A stretch of DNA of 51,007 nt from Girardia tigrina (lineage: Eukaryota): the NCBI GenBank assembly GCA_001938485.1, contig MQRK01218487.1, positions 25,671 to 76,677 on the forward strand, read 5' to 3'. The translations under genes and the position numbers were made by a program. Position 1 is the first letter of the stretch. Each line of letters begins with the position of its first letter. Under the pieces are notes generated by a model that had not been told where the DNA came from, ran no database searches, and saw only the letters and a list, made by a program, of their open reading frames with translations. This document shows, piece by piece, positions 50,513-51,007 of the stretch.

Positions 50513-51007
50513 TGGAGCGGAGAATTGCCAATTTTGACCGAACATTTTTGCCAGTCTCAGTATATAAATAAAAATATAATCAAATAATTAAATTATTAAA
50601 TTAAAAGAAAATAAATTAATTAAATTAAATAAACCAAAAAAAAATAAATTAAATAAATAATTAAAAATAGTTAAATAAATTAAATAGATTAATTAAATTA
50701 AATAAATGGGTATCTGAATGTGGAAACAATTAAATAAGAGACAGATATTTAGTATTTTTTTTGATTGCCGAATTTCATTGAGTTTCTTTATTGAAATTCT
50801 CGAATTTTTAAAGAGAAGGAAAATGTTCGTGGTAATCGATCGATTTGAATGAGGTCAAATTATGCAATTTCACCAATTGTGAGCCTCGTTTTTTGTGGTT
50901 CGGTGTGTTGTTTCTCTGCCACTGTGTAAGTAATTTTCTTTGTTTGTGTATGCATGTGTTTGTGTGTATGTTATGTGATATATAATTTGTGAATGTAAAT
51001 GTAAATT
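50513..51007 (+). repeat. Unclassified repeat family B, copy 2 (runs off the window)
   Basis: Same ordered motifs as 26777 down to ~26230 on the - strand. Confidence 0.7.

Overview
AT-rich, repeat-dense eukaryotic (animal) genomic DNA with three assembly gaps (9323-9372, 19494-20213, 27747-27856). Nothing prokaryotic is present: no operons, CRISPR arrays, rRNA or tRNA were recognised. The window appears to lie inside one + strand host gene, a divergent DEG/ENaC (ASIC-like) channel subunit. Four phase-compatible exons are well supported (8076-8231, 33634-33728, 33979-34224, 34267-35050) and a fifth is probable (45466-45551). The TM1 exon and most of TM2 were not found and probably lie outside the window. 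The introns (one of about 25.4 kb) are filled with decayed transposons: Gypsy integrase, hAT (Buster and Ac types), mariner, Tc1/IS630-like, pogo/Tigger, Zator, Merlin, piggyBac-type MITEs, Helitron-like elements, Penelope-like elements (PLEs) with hammerhead ribozyme motifs, and a probable solo LTR. Highlights: (1) the unusual channel ectodomain (shrunken finger and thumb, long helical insert); (2) two diverged copies of an unclassified triple-C2H2 zinc-finger mobile module with a conserved hairpin after the stop codon; (3) an inverted PLE with target-site duplication, tail and an intact minimal hammerhead; (4) two unclassified TG-rich repeat families with cryptic ORFs; (5) a structured GC-rich island ending in a hairpin plus T6. 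All family calls come from motif recognition by eye; no searches were run. I cannot claim a demonstrated new biological system; items 1, 2 and 4 are the best candidates.
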